In this document: positions 61,175-64,000 of the stretch, piece by piece
Numbering within the stretch: position 1 is the first letter of the stretch
How the letters are laid out: every line of letters starts with the position of its first letter
Assembly: GCA_964016885.1 (NCBI GenBank)
Contig: OZ024759.1
Location: 27,218,001-27,282,000 of the forward strand
Direction: 5' to 3'
DNA from: Eledone cirrhosa
Taxonomy: Eukaryota
Length of the DNA stretch: 64,000 nucleotides
Notes under the pieces: generated by a model
Seen by the model: the letters and a program-made list of their open reading frames with translations, nothing else
What the model was told of the DNA's origin: nothing
The model's database searches: none
Program-made: the position numbers and the translations under genes

Positions 61175-64000
61175 GGTATTAACTCTGTATGTGTGCATAT
61201 ATAATAACCGTATAGCTGTATATATATAAGTATTAACTCTGTATGTGTGTATATATAATAACATTATAGGTGTTAACTCTGTTTATATATAGATGTTAAC
61301 TATCAAAAAATAAATAAAATTTTACATATTAGAATTACGGCTTCGCGTGGCGATGCACGCGGCTGTATGGCGTGACCATTCTATGTGTCAGAAGATCGAA
61401 TCGTGGCGAGGGCATGCGGCCTAGTTGGAAGCCGGTATTTGCAGGCTGGCCTGCGCAAGGAATTCGTCTTACTCCCTTTTGCTCTAAATTTGATTAGAGT
61501 GATCTCCCTTTATATAGAGTTACTTCCCCTGTTTTTATTTGCTTTCTGGTACTTTGAAAGAAATTCATTTTGGATATTGTTTTCAGGTATGTAATGTTTT
61601 CTTTGCTGTATACTATCGAAGAAACTAAACCTTCTCTCTATACACATACATTTTATTAGATACACACTTTATGTCAATAAACCTCACATACATTTTGGAT
61701 TTTGTGTTTATGTGAAGAGGCTTTTTATGTGGCTTTCTGGCACATCTTAATATTAACCAGAGTTTTTTGAGATCTGTCGTCTTTGATCATAGTCAATATT
61801 ATACCCGTCTAGTTTTGAACGAAATTTTTTTTTAGATATCATCATCGTAATCAAAGATTAACTGTTGGTCAGTATTAACTAGATTGATATCATTTTAACC
61901 TACGTAGCATAGAACCATTTAGATTCTTCTTACGAAACTTCATTTACTTTCTTTGATCGTTTTCAACACGTCATTTCCATTCTTAGTTTCATTCTTTAGA
62001 AACTTGATTTATATTAAACTTCATTTACATTCTTAGTTTAGTTACCTCCCTCGATGTAGGAAAAGGTTTTCTTGTTTCTTCTATTTAAATCTATATATAA
62101 TAAAAGTCAAAATAAGAAGAATTTAATAAAGCTTAATATTCTTTTTATTGATAACGTATGTAAATGATTTTCATTTCCTTTTACAGATGTCCAGCCTTCA
62201 AGGTCATATGCTGTGTTGTTTGCCGTAACAAGTGGGAATGGCGAAGTTTCTGTTAATATAAAAAGGTTACATTTTATATACAAATTGTGTTCAGTTTATT
62301 TTGACAAAAATGAATAAAGAAATCAAGTAGAGGTTTACCTTTTAAGTAGGTACTACTGCAGCAGTTGCCTCAAACGGTAGATGGCATCCGTAGTACTTTT
62401 ACCTGCCACAAATCTAAACTATAGAGGTATGTAATGTTTTCTTTGCTCTATACACATATTTTATTAGTGAGATATCGAAATACTAAGATATATAATTACA
62501 TAGACACATATATATATAGACACACAAAGTCAAACACCACATCAGTGTCTACATAGTCTCTAACACCTACCATTAGGCCAACGAAACAGATACAAGAACA
62601 TAAGAAAAAAATTTATATTTATAAACCTACTTTCAATTTCCAAGCAAAATAGATGTGCTGGCGTTCATGGCTTTCTCATTGTTATTTCTACTAGAATCGG
62701 GTCAATGTTTACATTTATTCTTCTGGGGCTTTCATAAAATATATTTTCACTTTCTTTCGGGTTCATTAGATCCTACAACCAGATGATCTACAGGGACCTT
62801 CTTCATGGTCATAGCTGATTATTAAATATATACGGGAGAGTGTGTGTGTGTGTGTGTGTATTAGATCTTGCCGTGATGTACTCAGCAATAATGGTTTTCA
62901 ATTCCGTCGTCCCTCCATCCTTGGTGTGTATATAAATATATATGTGATTTTAACGTACAACGGCGACAATATATAAATCTGTTTTGTTTGATAATAATTA
63001 GATAAAGCTAATTCTACAACCCCTGTTAAACATTGAAACGACGACTATAAAATATAGCAACAACCACGACATAACAGTCTCTGGTTAAATATGATTTAAT
63101 GAAATTATTGCTAGAGATTGATCCCTAATATTTTATCTCACTCCTTAACCAGGGAGGAAAGGTCCTCAGACTCGGACAATGTTGATAAGGAGAGCAGAGT
63201 GTATCCTTATTTGTCACGTCTTTCCAGTTGTCACGGTATATAAAAGGCAGTAGTAGTAGTCACTCCTGCGAAAGACGTTGTCAGTTAGCCTTCTGTAACG
63301 AGAGAAGAAGGTCGTGGTTTTTTTTTTCCTCCCTATCACATAATTCATACATTTGTCATCCTTTAGATATCAATATACAAGAGAAAGAAGAAAATTGAGA
63401 ACTTCGGTCTTTTAAAAGTAACATTTATTACATTAGAGCAAAATCTTGCATTAACAATATTTTGTGAGACTAAACATGGAATGGACAAAGAGATTATTAG
63501 AAGAAGGGCAATTGTCTCCATCTTAAACGTCAATACATTCTACAGAAAATCGAAATGAGAATAATTACAGAGATACTTTACAAAATGTTTCGCGATATGG
63601 TTCAAGTTATTTTGTAGTAATATGCAGCTATATTTATACATGTCTCTTATACCCCCTCCACGAGGAATTGTGAATATGTATGAATATGATTTTAAAGATG
63701 GCTAAACATGTTGAAGAAAAAAAAAAGGAATTCAGATGATAGGAATAATAAAACATTCCTTTGCCTAGCTAAATGTCGAGAGGTCTAAAACACTAGTTGA
63801 ATGATATGTGTGATACGACCTAGAATATTGTTTTGGGGCATGGTCAGACGACTTCAGAAAATACGGAGAAGCTATTGAAGGAATCGAGAAAAGAACAAAA
63901 CAGAAAACACCAGAATTATTAAGAAATCGTCTTCTGAAGAAAGATGTTAAACTTTAGGGATTGCAAATTTAGAGGAGATAAATCTAACAGGGTGGGGGGG

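Overview
AT-rich, repeat-dense animal genomic DNA. It is most likely from an octopus or other coleoid cephalopod; this is inferred from the SINE/RTE repertoire and (TA)n/(ATC)n microsatellites, not proven. One host gene is present: a 13-exon UNC93-like MFS transporter (MFSD11) on the + strand, 25902-48628, about 440 aa, with all junctions GT-AG and in frame, plus two possible extra 3' exons. The first 23 kb is a rearranged mosaic of a 46-bp minisatellite/CT-rich compound repeat, four partial copies of a decayed Helitron/CRE/hAT segment, an 89-bp hairpin array and several fold-back inversions. The introns are filled with RTE, R4/Dong, Tx1 and Vingi-like LINE pieces, two tRNA-SINE families, piggyBac-like MITEs and satellites. 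The most notable hidden signals are: about ten hammerhead-ribozyme motifs of Penelope type (four well formed, most on the MFSD11 sense strand), a PHD finger inserted inside the RTE reverse transcriptase, and many inverted repeats able to form dsRNA. Almost all ORFs in the supplied track are artefacts of repeats.
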